Below are positions 1 through 12,833 of a stretch of DNA of 64,000 nt, in pieces. Each line of letters begins with the position of its first letter. Positions within the stretch are counted from its first letter, which is position 1. Below the pieces are notes generated by a model. The model worked only from the letters and a program-made list of their open reading frames with translations. It searched no databases and was not told the origin of the DNA. Made by a program: the position numbers and the translations under genes. Location: NCBI RefSeq assembly GCF_011045215.1, contig NZ_CP049201.1; one strand, given 5' to 3'. The DNA is from Escherichia coli (GTDB taxonomy: Bacteria > Pseudomonadota > Gammaproteobacteria > Enterobacterales > Enterobacteriaceae).

Positions 1-2410
1 TGCGCATTTTCATCTCCGCCCAGAGGCGATTCTGTCACCTCTTCCTGCGCCAGTTGCACTTCAATTAATTGTAAGACCGCTTCCTGCATAGCGTTGCTCA
101 TATTGAAGTTGACGCACAATTGACCAGGCCCAATTTCCCGTACGCCAGACTCATCATCGCTTAAAAGCAAGCCAGAGGCAGTAAGATTAGACGGATTATC
201 CGTTAAAAAGATATCATAATCTTGACTAATTAATCTTTCATCGGGTGTGATACAGGTTGCACCCCAATTTTCTAACTGGCGAGTGACAATATTCCGAATT
301 TCTGCCGAAGTAACATCCACCATTACGCAGACATCATCCAGTAAACGCTCTTCTTCCTCTTCAACTTCCGGGTCAGCTGCGAGCATTTTGATATGCACAG
401 AGTAGCGTGTACCAAGCCCATCCCGCGTTTTGATGTTTAAATGACCGCCCAGTTTACGTGCCAGTTGATCGCTCAGCCAGAATGCCAGCGGGTCCGCCTT
501 GCCATAGCGATCGTTTTGGGTCTGGTTGATAAACGGGAAGTGCAAATTATCCATTTCATGAATGCTTACGCCTTCTCCGGTGTCCAGAATGCGGAACGTC
601 AGGCGGTCTTCGGAGGACTCATCCTGATCAACCTCAAGGGTGATTTTTCCCAATTGCGTTGAGGTCACGGCATATTGCATCAGTAGCAGCAAAATACGTC
701 GTAAGGCATCGCGATCGCCGCGGCGCATATCGTGTGCTTTCAGATGATTGTTAATCAGCAGTTGCAGACCTTTACGCTTGATGGCAGGCAACACTGAAGG
801 CACAACTTCATCAATTAAATCCTGCACGGAGAACAGCACCGTCTCACTTTTCCAGCTATCGTCCGCAAGCATGTTCGCTAACTGTATTTCATCGACCAGC
901 CGCACCAGCACATCTGCCTGATTCGCCAGTTGTTTGCTTTCCGGGGCATTGAGTTTAGCCGCGCTCTCCGCCAGGGACTGTGCGGGTTCTTTCAGCGCAT
1001 CGCCAATGTTTTTCATAAAGGTCATCCGCCCCTGCTGGTTTTTCTCATACAGACGCTGCGCCTGCTTGAGTTTCTTGTTTACCAGCACTTCGCGATCCTG
1101 ATCGCGAATAATGAAAATTTGTGTGCGCGGCGCGACCTGGCTGCGGAACATGCGGATCTCATACAGCTCGTTATTGATCGTCGCCTGAATAATCCCCTGA
1201 TGCTGTTCCGCCATGGTGGTGATGTTTTGCAGATTCAAATGCGGCAGCAAATGATCGGCAATTTTGTTACTTATGACAGTGCGGTTCGATTCCTGATCGT
1301 GAACCAGCAGGCCGAGCGGCAGCAGTGAGACTATCTCTTCATTGATTGCCCGTAAAATGCGCAATTCGTTATTGACCGCCGTGTTGGGTAGACTTTCTGT
1401 ACTGCGACTGGAGAAATGGCGGAATGTGGTATAGCCAAATAACGCCAGCGCCAGCAAACCGATGTTCAGCAGCAGTGGCAGCAGAATGTTTTGCAACGTA
1501 TCCAGCAATAAGGTGCCATAAGGAACCTGCCAGACCAGGCGCATATCGGTAGAGTTGAGTGCCGAGGAGATTTCAATCTTCGTACTGTTAAAGTGGATAC
1601 TGACGCTATCCGTTCCTTCTTTCTCATTATCATTGTTTCCCGTTGCCGTCGCGTCTGGCTCAAGGCGGAAACTGTCCAGCGGCATACCCGGTGGGATCAA
1701 ATCATTAATCGGCAGATCAAAAGCCACGACCGTTGCCAGATGTCCCGGCTGGTTGAACGTGGTACGCAAGGTAAAGTAATGACCGTTCTGCCAGGCCAGG
1801 CGGCGCATGTTAGAAAAGCTTTCGCGTTCATCGAGGGCGTTGGCCTGTTGCAACATCTCTGCACGACGTGAATCAACAATGTCACTGACGGTCGATTCTT
1901 TAAATCCGGAGGTGAGATCTTTGAGGGGCAGGGTTGAGATCAGCACCAGACTGTTATCCTGACCATTCAGGTAATACATTGACCACGGTACATTTTCTGC
2001 GCCCCACAATGTGTCCAGATAGGTGGACATCCGTTGAGTCATCTCAAGCGTTGAGTTGTCGTGAGAGCCAAAGATTAACGCTTCCGTTTTGCGGCGCGGT
2101 TTTTCCAGATAGTAGACATCCTGTTTCAGGCGCGTCTCTTGTAAACCTTCGCCGGAGGAGGGGGAGGTCGTCGCGGCAATGTTGTCGTAGATCTGCCAGG
2201 TCACGTAACGCCAGGTATCGACGCGCTTTTGGATAGCGTGGGTAATGTCGACAATCTGGTAACTTTTATCTTTCAACCAGGCGTTAACGGCGCTTTGTAC
2301 CATTACACCCATCGTCACCAGTAACACAATGATCAACAGTAAAAAGAAGCGGGTAATGCTCCCCGGTAGGAGTGAAAAGCGGGTCGTGGCCGTTGTCTCT
2401 TTCTGACGCA
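1..2410 (-). CDS. rcsD: Rcs phosphorelay phosphotransfer protein RcsD, N-terminal ~803 codons; 3' end runs off the window start
   Basis: Minus-strand translation from the ATG at 2408-2410 begins MRQKETTATTRFSLLPGSI..., matching RcsD; divergent from ompC with micF between them, as in E. coli. Confidence 0.85.
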
Positions 2411-2722
2411 TTTGTGTTTATGACCTGTTAAAACTTCGCGAAGTGATAGGGCAGTATAAAGGGTACAGTGTGAAATTCCAGACTCTTACCTGATTGATGA
2501 TTCTCTATTCTCCTGTGATATTTATCATCCTGTATGGGGGGAAATAGATGTACAAGCGCCATTTTGCTGTACAAATAACCTACGAAAAGCCCAACGAAAT
2601 TAATTGCAAATAAACGAAAATTGCTGGAAATTATGCTGATGTTAATTATTTGTGAAATAGTTAACAAGCGTTATAGTTTTTCTCTGGTAGCACAGAATAA
2701 TGAAAAGTGTGTAAAGAAGGGT

Positions 2723-2815
2723 AAAAAAAACCGGATGCGAGGCATCCGGTTGAAATAGGGGTAAACAGACATTCAGAAATGAATGACGGTAATAAATAAA
2801 GTTAATGATGATAGC
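2723..2815 (-). ncRNA. micF: MicF antisense sRNA (represses ompF mRNA)
   Basis: Minus strand reads GCTATCATCATTAACTTTATTTATTACCGTCATTCATTTCTGAATGTCTGTTTACCCCTATTTCAACCGGATGCCTCGCATCCGGTTTTTTTT, the MicF sequence with its intrinsic terminator; divergent from ompC. Confidence 0.9.
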
Positions 2816-2960
2816 GGGAGTTATTCTAGTTGCGAGTGAAGGTTTTGTTTTGACATTCAGTGCTGTCAAATACTTAAGAATAAGTTATTGATTTTAACCT
2901 TGAATTATTATTGCTTGATGTTAGGTGCTTATTTCGCCATTCCGCAATAATCTTAAAAAG

Positions 2961-3030
2961 TTCCCTTGAATTTACATTTTGAAACATCTATAGCGATAAA
3001 TGAAACATCTTAAAAGTTTTAGTATCATAT
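2961..3030 (+). promoter_or_regulatory. ompC promoter, OmpR-P binding region (C1-C3 boxes)
   Basis: TTTACATTTTGAAACATCTA at 2971-2990 followed by further GAAACATCT-like repeats, 120-180 bp upstream of ompC. Confidence 0.75.
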
Positions 3031-3134
3031 TCGTGTTGGATTATTCTGCATTTTTGGGGAGAATGGACTTGCCGACTGATTAATGAGGGTTAATCAGTAT
3101 GCAGTGGCATAAAAAAGCAAATAAAGGCATATAA

Positions 3135-4277
<1,143 letters not shown>

Positions 4278-4295
4278 TCTCGATTGATATCGAAC

Positions 4296-4319
4296 AAAGG
4301 GCCTGCGGGCCCTTTTTTC
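4296..4319 (+). terminator. intrinsic terminator downstream of ompC
   Basis: GC hairpin GGGCCTGCGGGCCC followed by TTTTTT. Confidence 0.8.
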
Positions 4320-4388
4320 ATTGTTTTCAGCGTACAAACACAGTTTTTTGGTGTACTCTTGCGACCGTTCGCATGAGGATAATCACGT

Positions 4389-5444
4389 ATGGAAATAAGC
4401 TTTACCCGCGTGGCACTGCTGGCTGCCGCGCTCTTCTTTGTTGGTTGCGATCAAAAACCACAACCCGCCAAAACCCACGCTACTGAAGTTACCGTTCTTG
4501 AAGGCAAAACCATGGGTACCTTCTGGCGTGCCAGCATCCCGGGCATTGATGCCAAACGCAGTGCCGAACTTAAAGAAAAGATTCAGACCCAGCTGGACGC
4601 CGACGATCAGCTGCTTTCGACCTATAAAAAAGATTCCGCGCTGATGCGCTTTAACGACTCGCAAAGTTTGTCGCCGTGGCCGGTAAGTGAAGCGATGGCC
4701 GATATCGTCACCACCTCGCTGCGCATTGGCGCGAAGACCGATGGCGCGATGGATATAACCGTCGGGCCGCTGGTGAATCTGTGGGGCTTTGGCCCGGAAC
4801 AACAGCCGGTTCAAATTCCGAGCCAGGAACAGATCGATGCGATGAAAGCCAAAACCGGCTTACAGCACCTGACGGTCATTAATCAGTCGCATCAGCAATA
4901 TCTGCAAAAAGACCTGCCGGATTTATATGTCGATCTCTCTACCGTCGGCGAAGGTTATGCGGCGGATCACCTGGCACGCTTGATGGAGCAGGAAGGGATT
5001 TCCCGCTATCTGGTGTCGGTGGGCGGCGCGCTGAACAGCCGTGGTATGAACGGTGAAGGCCTGCCGTGGCGGGTAGCGATTCAAAAACCAACCGATAAAG
5101 AAAACGCGGTTCAGGCTGTGGTGGATATCAACGGTCATGGGATTAGCACCTCTGGCAGCTACCGTAACTATTACGAACTGGACGGCAAACGTCTTTCCCA
5201 TGTTATCGATCCGCAAACCGGGCGTCCCATCGAACACAATCTGGTATCCGTGACGGTGATTGCTCCGACGGCGCTGGAAGCCGATGCCTGGGATACTGGC
5301 TTGATGGTACTCGGGCCGGAGAAAGCCAAAGAGGTTGTTCGCCGGGAAGGGCTGGCGGTTTATATGATCACCAAAGAAGGCGATAGCTTTAAAACCTGGA
5401 TGTCACCACAGTTTAAAAGCTTCCTTGTCAGCGAAAAAAATTAA
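4389..5444 (+). CDS. apbE: FAD:protein FMN transferase lipoprotein ApbE
   Basis: 351-aa ORF with lipoprotein signal (…LFFVGC) and ApbE-like sequence. Confidence 0.9.
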   Translation: MEISFTRVALLAAALFFVGCDQKPQPAKTHATEVTVLEGKTMGTFWRASIPGIDAKRSAELKEKIQTQLDADDQLLSTYKKDSALMRFNDSQSLSPWPVSEAMADIVTTSLRIGAKTDGAMDITVGPLVNLWGFGPEQQPVQIPSQEQIDAMKAKTGLQHLTVINQSHQQYLQKDLPDLYVDLSTVGEGYAADHLARLMEQEGISRYLVSVGGALNSRGMNGEGLPWRVAIQKPTDKENAVQAVVDINGHGISTSGSYRNYYELDGKRLSHVIDPQTGRPIEHNLVSVTVIAPTALEADAWDTGLMVLGPEKAKEVVRREGLAVYMITKEGDSFKTWMSPQFKSFLVSEKN

Positions 5445-5450
5445 AGCGCA
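5434..5450 (+). promoter_or_regulatory. Ada box of the ada-alkB promoter
   Basis: AAAAATTAAAGCGCA matches the Ada regulon box AAANNAAAGCGCA, ~70 bp upstream of the ada ATG. Confidence 0.7.
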
Positions 5451-5517
5451 AGATTGTTGGTTTTTGCGTGATGGTGACCGGGCAGACTAAAGGCTATCCT
5501 TAACCAGGGAGCTGATT

Positions 5518-6582
5518 ATGAAAAACGCCACATGCTTAACTGACGATCAACGCTGGCAATCTGTCTTAGCCCGCGACCCGAATGCCGACGGCGAATTCGT
5601 TTTCGCCGTGCGCACCACGGGTATCTTTTGCCGTCCGTCTTGCCGCGCCAGACATGCTTTGCGGGAAAACGTCTCCTTCTACGCAAATGCCAGCGAGGCA
5701 CTCGCCGCCGGATTTCGCCCCTGCAAACGTTGTCAGTCAGACAAAGCCAATCCCCGGCAACATCGGTTGGATAAAATCACCCACGCGTGTCGACTGCTGG
5801 AACAGGAAACGCCTGTAACGCTGGAAGTCTTAGCCGACCAGGTGGCGATGAGTCCGTTCCATCTGCATCGGTTGTTTAAAGCGACTACCGGAATGACGCC
5901 TAAAGCCTGGCAACAGGCCTGGCGCGCTCGCCGTTTGCGCGAATCGCTGGCGAAAGGGGAGAGCGTGACGACGTCTATTCTTAACGCCGGATTCCCCGAC
6001 AGCAGCAGTTACTACCGCAAAGCTGACGAAACGCTGGGCATGACGGCTAAACAATTCCGTCACGGTGGCGAAAATCTGGCGGTGCGTTACGCGCTGGCTG
6101 ATTGTGCGCTGGGTCGTTGCCTGGTGGCAGAAAGCGAGCGGGGGATTTGCGCGATATTGCTGGGCGATGATGACGCGACATTAATCAGCGAGTTGCAGCA
6201 GATGTTTCCCGCTGCCGACAACGCGCCTGCCGATCTGACGTTTCAGCAACATGTGCGTGAAGTGATCGCCAGCCTCAATCAACGCGATACGCCGCTGACG
6301 TTACCGCTGGATATTCGCGGCACTGCTTTTCAGCAACAAGTCTGGCAGGCACTGCGCACGATACCTTGCGGTGAAACCGTCAGTTATCAGCAACTGGCTA
6401 ACGCCATCGGCAAACCGAAAGCGGTACGGGCCGTTGCCAGCGCCTGTGCCGCCAACAAGCTGGCTATCGTAATACCCTGTCATCGAGTGGTCCGTGGTGA
6501 TGGCACACTTTCCGGTTACCGCTGGGGCGTGTCGCGTAAAGCGCAACTGCTGCGCCGCGAAGCTGAAAATGAGGAGAGGTAA
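5518..6582 (+). CDS. ada: methylated-DNA-protein-cysteine methyltransferase / transcriptional activator Ada
   Basis: 354-aa ORF; N-terminal Cys cluster (FCRPSCRARH…CKRC), AraC-type HTH, C-terminal PCHRV active site. Confidence 0.95.
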   Translation: MKNATCLTDDQRWQSVLARDPNADGEFVFAVRTTGIFCRPSCRARHALRENVSFYANASEALAAGFRPCKRCQSDKANPRQHRLDKITHACRLLEQETPVTLEVLADQVAMSPFHLHRLFKATTGMTPKAWQQAWRARRLRESLAKGESVTTSILNAGFPDSSSYYRKADETLGMTAKQFRHGGENLAVRYALADCALGRCLVAESERGICAILLGDDDATLISELQQMFPAADNAPADLTFQQHVREVIASLNQRDTPLTLPLDIRGTAFQQQVWQALRTIPCGETVSYQQLANAIGKPKAVRAVASACAANKLAIVIPCHRVVRGDGTLSGYRWGVSRKAQLLRREAENEER

Positions 6583-7232
6583 TGTTGGATCTGTTTGCCG
6601 ATGCTGAACCGTGGCAAGAGCCACTGGCGGCTGGTGCGGTAATTTTACGGCGTTTTGCTTTTAATGCTGCGGAGCAACTAATCCGCGATATTAATGACGT
6701 TGCCAGCCAGTCGCCGTTTCGCCAGATGGTCACCCCCGGGGGATATACCATGTCGGTGGCGATGACCAACTGTGGGCATCTGGGCTGGACGACCCATCGG
6801 CAAGGTTATCTCTATTCGCCCATTGATCTGCAAACAAATAAACCGTGGCCCGCCATGCCGCAGAGTTTTCATAATTTATGTCAACGTGCGGCTACGGCGG
6901 CGGGCTATCCAGATTTCCAGCCAGATGCTTGTCTTATCAACCGCTACGCTCCTGGCGCGAAACTGTCGCTGCATCAGGATAAAGACGAACCGGATCTGCG
7001 CGCGCCAATTGTTTCTGTTTCTCTGGGCTTACCCGCGATTTTTCAATTTGGTGGCCTGAAACGTAATGATCCGCTCAAACGTTTGTTGTTGGAACATGGC
7101 GATGTGGTGGTATGGGGCGGTGAATCGCGGCTGTTTTATCACGGTATTCAACCGTTGAAAGCGGGGTTTCATCCACTCACCACCGACTGCCGCTACAACC
7201 TGACATTCCGTCAGGCAGGTAAAAAAGAATAA
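6582..7232 (+). CDS. alkB: alpha-ketoglutarate/Fe(II)-dependent DNA dioxygenase AlkB
   Basis: 216-aa ORF overlapping the ada stop by 1 nt (TAATG); sequence MLDLFADAEPWQEPLAAGAVILRRFA…. Confidence 0.95.
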   Translation: MLDLFADAEPWQEPLAAGAVILRRFAFNAAEQLIRDINDVASQSPFRQMVTPGGYTMSVAMTNCGHLGWTTHRQGYLYSPIDLQTNKPWPAMPQSFHNLCQRAATAAGYPDFQPDACLINRYAPGAKLSLHQDKDEPDLRAPIVSVSLGLPAIFQFGGLKRNDPLKRLLLEHGDVVVWGGESRLFYHGIQPLKAGFHPLTTDCRYNLTFRQAGKKE

Positions 7233-7307
7233 AAATAAGAATTATTATTGCTGTGCGCGCGAAGATGTTTAAACTGCGGGCTGTAATTCATTGTCCGGGT
7301 TTTCTGC

Positions 7308-8951
7308 ATGGAACTTCTTGTACTTGTCTGGCGGCAGTATCGCTGGCCATTTATCAGTGTGATGGCGCTAAGCCTCGCCAGTGCGGCTTTAGGCATTGGC
7401 TTAATTGCTTTTATCAATCAGCGCCTTATCGAAACGGCGGATACCAGTCTGCTGGTGTTGCCGGAGTTTCTGGGATTATTGCTGCTGTTGATGGCAGTCA
7501 CTCTCGGATCGCAACTGGCGCTCACCACTTTGGGGCATCACTTCGTTTACCGACTGCGTAGTGAATTTATCAAGCGGATTCTGGATACCCACGTCGAGCG
7601 CATTGAACAACTCGGTAGCGCCTCGTTGCTGGCGGGATTAACCAGCGATGTGCGCAATATCACCATTGCTTTTGTGCGTCTGCCGGAACTGGTGCAGGGG
7701 ATCATTCTCACTATCGGTTCAGCGGCGTATCTGTGGATGCTGTCGGGCAAAATGTTGCTGGTAACGGCTATCTGGATGGCGATCACCATCTGGGGCGGTT
7801 TTGTGCTGGTGGCGCGGGTGTACAAACATATGGCGACCCTGCGTGAAACCGAAGACAAGCTGTACACGGATTTTCAAACTGTACTTGAAGGGCGCAAAGA
7901 GCTGACTCTGAACCGGGAACGCGCCGAGTATGTGTTTAACAACCTCTACATTCCTGATGCGCAAGAGTATCGCCATCATATTATCCGCGCAGACACCTTC
8001 CATCTTAGTGCCGTGAACTGGTCAAACATCATGATGCTGGGCGCTATCGGCCTGGTGTTCTGGATGGCGAACAGTCTCGGTTGGGCTGATACCAACGTTG
8101 CCGCGACCTATTCGTTGACGCTTTTATTCCTGCGTACGCCGCTGCTTTCGGCGGTTGGCGCATTGCCGACGCTGCTGACGGCGCAGGTGGCGTTTAACAA
8201 GCTGAACAAATTCGCGCTCGCGCCTTTCAAAGCAGAGTTTCCGCGCCCGCAGGCGTTTCCCAACTGGCAAACGCTGGAGCTGCGTAACGTGACGTTTGCT
8301 TATCAGGATAACGCGTTTTCCGTTGGTCCGATTAATCTCACCATCAAACGTGGCGAGCTGCTGTTTCTGATTGGCGGCAACGGTAGCGGAAAATCGACGC
8401 TGGCGATGTTGTTGACGGGCTTGTATCAGCCACAAAGCGGCGAAATCTTGCTGGATGGCAAACCTGTCAGCGGCGAACAACCGGAAGATTATCGCAAACT
8501 GTTTTCGGCAGTGTTTACCGATGTCTGGCTGTTTGATCAACTGCTGGGGCCGGAGGGTAAACCCGCTAACCCGCAACTGGTTGAGAAGTGGCTGGCGCAG
8601 CTGAAAATGGCTCATAAGCTTGAGTTAAGCAACGGGCGTATTGTTAACCTGAAGTTATCAAAAGGGCAGAAAAAACGCGTGGCGCTGTTGCTGGCGCTGG
8701 CAGAAGAACGCGATATTATCCTGCTGGATGAATGGGCGGCGGATCAGGATCCACACTTCCGTCGTGAGTTTTATCAGGTGTTGCTGCCGCTGATGCAGGA
8801 GATGGGTAAAACTATTTTCGCCATCAGTCATGATGATCATTACTTTATCCACGCCGACCGCCTGCTGGAAATGCGCAACGGGCAACTTAGCGAGCTGACG
8901 GGCGAAGAGCGCGATGCTGCTTCGCGTGATGCCGTTGCCCGGACGGCATAA
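7308..8951 (+). CDS. yojI: ABC transporter ATP-binding/permease protein YojI (microcin J25 efflux)
   Basis: 547-aa ORF with N-terminal TM domain and C-terminal ABC ATPase (Walker [10 protein letters not shown], signature LSKGQKKR). Confidence 0.9.
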
Positions 8952-8963
8952 TATTACGACGCT

Positions 8964-8990
8964 GACCTGGCGGACTGCTGCCGCCAGGTC
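8964..8990 (+). terminator. hairpin downstream of yojI (putative terminator)
   Basis: Perfect inverted repeat GACCTGGCGG…CCGCCAGGTC; weak U-tract. Confidence 0.4.
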
Positions 8991-9156
8991 AATATGCTAA
9001 AAATCCCTTCATTTCTAATAACCCTATAATTAATCAACGAAATTATAATGTTTCTAAAATTAGAATATAATTTATAAACATTATTTAAATGTTGTTACTT
9101 AAGTGTTACCGTTGATGCCGCGCAAATCTCACCTGCAATAAAGCGACTAAAAGTAA

Positions 9157-10815
<1,659 letters not shown>

Positions 10816-11195
10816 TGATGTGCCACATCCGGCATGGTATGCCGGATGTGGCGTATGCTGATAAGACGCGCCAGCGTCGCATCAGGCAACCGGCTTGGGT
10901 GTTAGATGTCGGATGCGGCATAACCGACTTATTCGACCTACGGGGTGGAGCACTTCACAGCGGTGTAGGCCTGATAAGACGCGTCAGCGTCGCATCAGGC
11001 AACCGGCTCGGACGTTGGATGTCGGATGCGGCGTAACCGCCTTATCCGACCTACGGGGTGGAGCACTTCACAGCGGTGTAGGCCTGATAACACGCGTCAG
11101 CGTCGCATCAGGCAACCGGCTCGGGCGTTAGATGTCGGATGCGGCGTGACCGCTTTATCCAACCTACGGGGTGCCGCACTTCACGGCAGTTTAGC
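10816..11195. repeat. REP/BIME cluster, about three tandem ~116-bp units
   Basis: Repeated GCCGGATGCGGCG…CTTATCCGACCTACGGGG…CTGATAAGACGCG…CATCAGGCA palindromic units; the overlapping small ORFs in the track are repeat artefacts. Confidence 0.9.
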
Positions 11196-11679
11196 GAACT
11201 ACCGCGTTGTCAATTTTCTCTTCCGCCTTCCAGACGCGGTACTTCACATCTACATTGTCTGGCGTATACACCACGATCGGCAGCTTGCTGTTGTAACGCA
11301 GCATTCCAGTATCGCCCAGATACGCGGTGACAAATTTCTTCTCTTTCTTGCCATCCGGGCAGGCCATCATCGTGGAAACCGGCGAGCTAACTTTATCAAA
11401 GACATAATAATCATAGCCCCAGCCTTCCAGCGTTTTGCTTTCCAGCTTCCCGCCGAGACGATGCAAATTGCAATCGCCTTCCAGCGTCTGACCGATTAAC
11501 AGTTCTACTTTCAGGGTAGATTCATCTTCTTGCGGGGTTAACTGAATCACCTGACGCTTCATGCCTTTTTCAGCTTGTGGATAAGGCGCGATTTTTTCCA
11601 GTGGCTGGACGCTCTCTGCCGCCCAGGCGGAAGTGGTGGCGAAAGCGGCAAACAATACTGCAGGTAGAATGGTCTTCAT
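11191..11679 (-). CDS. eco: ecotin (periplasmic serine protease inhibitor)
   Basis: 162-aa [46 protein letters not shown]… matches ecotin. Confidence 0.95.
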   Translation of the reverse strand: MKTILPAVLFAAFATTSAWAAESVQPLEKIAPYPQAEKGMKRQVIQLTPQEDESTLKVELLIGQTLEGDCNLHRLGGKLESKTLEGWGYDYYVFDKVSSPVSTMMACPDGKKEKKFVTAYLGDTGMLRYNSKLPIVVYTPDNVDVKYRVWKAEEKIDNAVVR

Positions 11680-11863
11680 TTTTTGCTTTCCTTCTTCATT
11701 TATAGGTTTGCACCGATGATGTCGCTGAAGGTTAACATATTCATCAGATTTATTAATTTGCTTTATGAATAACTTAAAGAATATTCAGACAATTTTACCT
11801 GCTCTTTTAGTGTTAAATTCTGATGAGAGAGCAAACCAGCAGAAATATCTCTGGTGAATTAAT

Positions 11864-11887
11864 CGCTATATAAATATATTTATAACC
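11864..11887 (+). promoter_or_regulatory. putative ModE operator in the napF control region
   Basis: CGCTATATAaatatatTTATAACC resembles the ModE inverted-repeat operator. Confidence 0.45.
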
Positions 11888-11937
11888 ATTTGAAATGTGA
11901 GCAAAAGCCCGTTTTTGCCACGCTTCCCGCCACTCTT

Positions 11938-11972
11938 TTGATCCTGCTACAGGTTTTACCTCGATCGGGGTA
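11938..11972 (+). promoter_or_regulatory. napF promoter: putative Fnr half-site region and NarP/NarL 7-2-7 site
   Basis: TACCTCG-AT-CGGGGTA palindromic heptamer pair at 11957-11972; TTGAT-containing Fnr-like site centred about 20 bp upstream. Confidence 0.5.
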
Positions 11973-12085
11973 TGCATCTTTGACACATCCTTTAATATCT
12001 TAGCGGCTATAAAAATGGCTTATTAATTATGCGGTTTATTTGGTCGCTCTCAATTTTCAGAGCGCGTTAATGATGGAAGGTCAAT

Positions 12086-12580
12086 GTGAAGATTGATGCA
12101 TCCCGTCGGGGCATACTCACTGGTCGCTGGCGCAAAGCCAGTAACGGTATCCGTCCGCCCTGGTCCGGTGATGAATCTCATTTTCTGACCCATTGCACCC
12201 GCTGCGACGCCTGTATTAATGCTTGTGAAAACAACATTCTGCAACGCGGCGCGGGCGGCTATCCGAGCGTTAATTTCAAAAATAACGAGTGCAGCTTCTG
12301 TTACGCCTGCGCGCAGGCTTGCCCCGAATCGCTATTTTCTCCGCGCCACACCAGGGCCTGGGATTTGCAGTTCACCATTGGGGACGCGTGCCTGGCGTAT
12401 CAGTCAGTTGAATGCCGCCGCTGTCAGGATAGCTGTGAGCCAATGGCAATTATCTTTCGCCCGACGCTCTCCGGGATCTACCAGCCGCAACTTAATAGCC
12501 AACTTTGCAACGGATGTGGAGCATGTGCAGCCAGCTGTCCGGTATCAGCCATAACTGCGGAGTATCTCCATGCACACTAA
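12086..12580 (+). CDS. napF: ferredoxin-type protein NapF
   Basis: 164-aa ORF (GTG start) with multiple CxxCxxCxxxCP iron-sulfur motifs; first gene of the nap operon. Confidence 0.9.
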   Translation: MKIDASRRGILTGRWRKASNGIRPPWSGDESHFLTHCTRCDACINACENNILQRGAGGYPSVNFKNNECSFCYACAQACPESLFSPRHTRAWDLQFTIGDACLAYQSVECRRCQDSCEPMAIIFRPTLSGIYQPQLNSQLCNGCGACAASCPVSAITAEYLHAH

Positions 12581-12833
12581 CTGGCAAGTTTGCAGCCTGG
12601 TCGTGCAGGCCAAAAGCGAACGAATTTCAGACATCAGCACCCAACTGAACGCCTTTCCCGGCTGTGAAGTTGCTGTCAGCGACGCGCCGAGCGGTCAGTT
12701 GATTGTGGTGGTGGAAGCAGAAGACAGCGAAACGCTGATCCAAACCATTGAGTCAGTACGCAACGTAGAGGGCGTGCTGGCGGTGTCGCTGGTTTATCAC
12801 CAGCAGGAAGAGCAAGGTGAGGAAACACCATGA
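12570..12833 (+). CDS. napD: NapA chaperone NapD
   Basis: 87-aa ORF overlapping napF and napA; conserved operon position. Confidence 0.9.
   Translation: MHTNWQVCSLVVQAKSERISDISTQLNAFPGCEVAVSDAPSGQLIVVVEAEDSETLIQTIESVRNVEGVLAVSLVYHQQEEQGEETP

Noticed and set aside
2428-2869. Small minus-strand ORFs (79 and 75 aa) in the rcsD-micF-ompC control region
   Set aside because: AT-rich regulatory DNA; the second overlaps micF; low-complexity translations with no ribosome-binding site evidence.
10816-11195. Possible CRISPR array
   Set aside because: Period is ~116 bp with no unique spacers and the units are REP palindromes; no cas genes in the window. This is a BIME, not a CRISPR.
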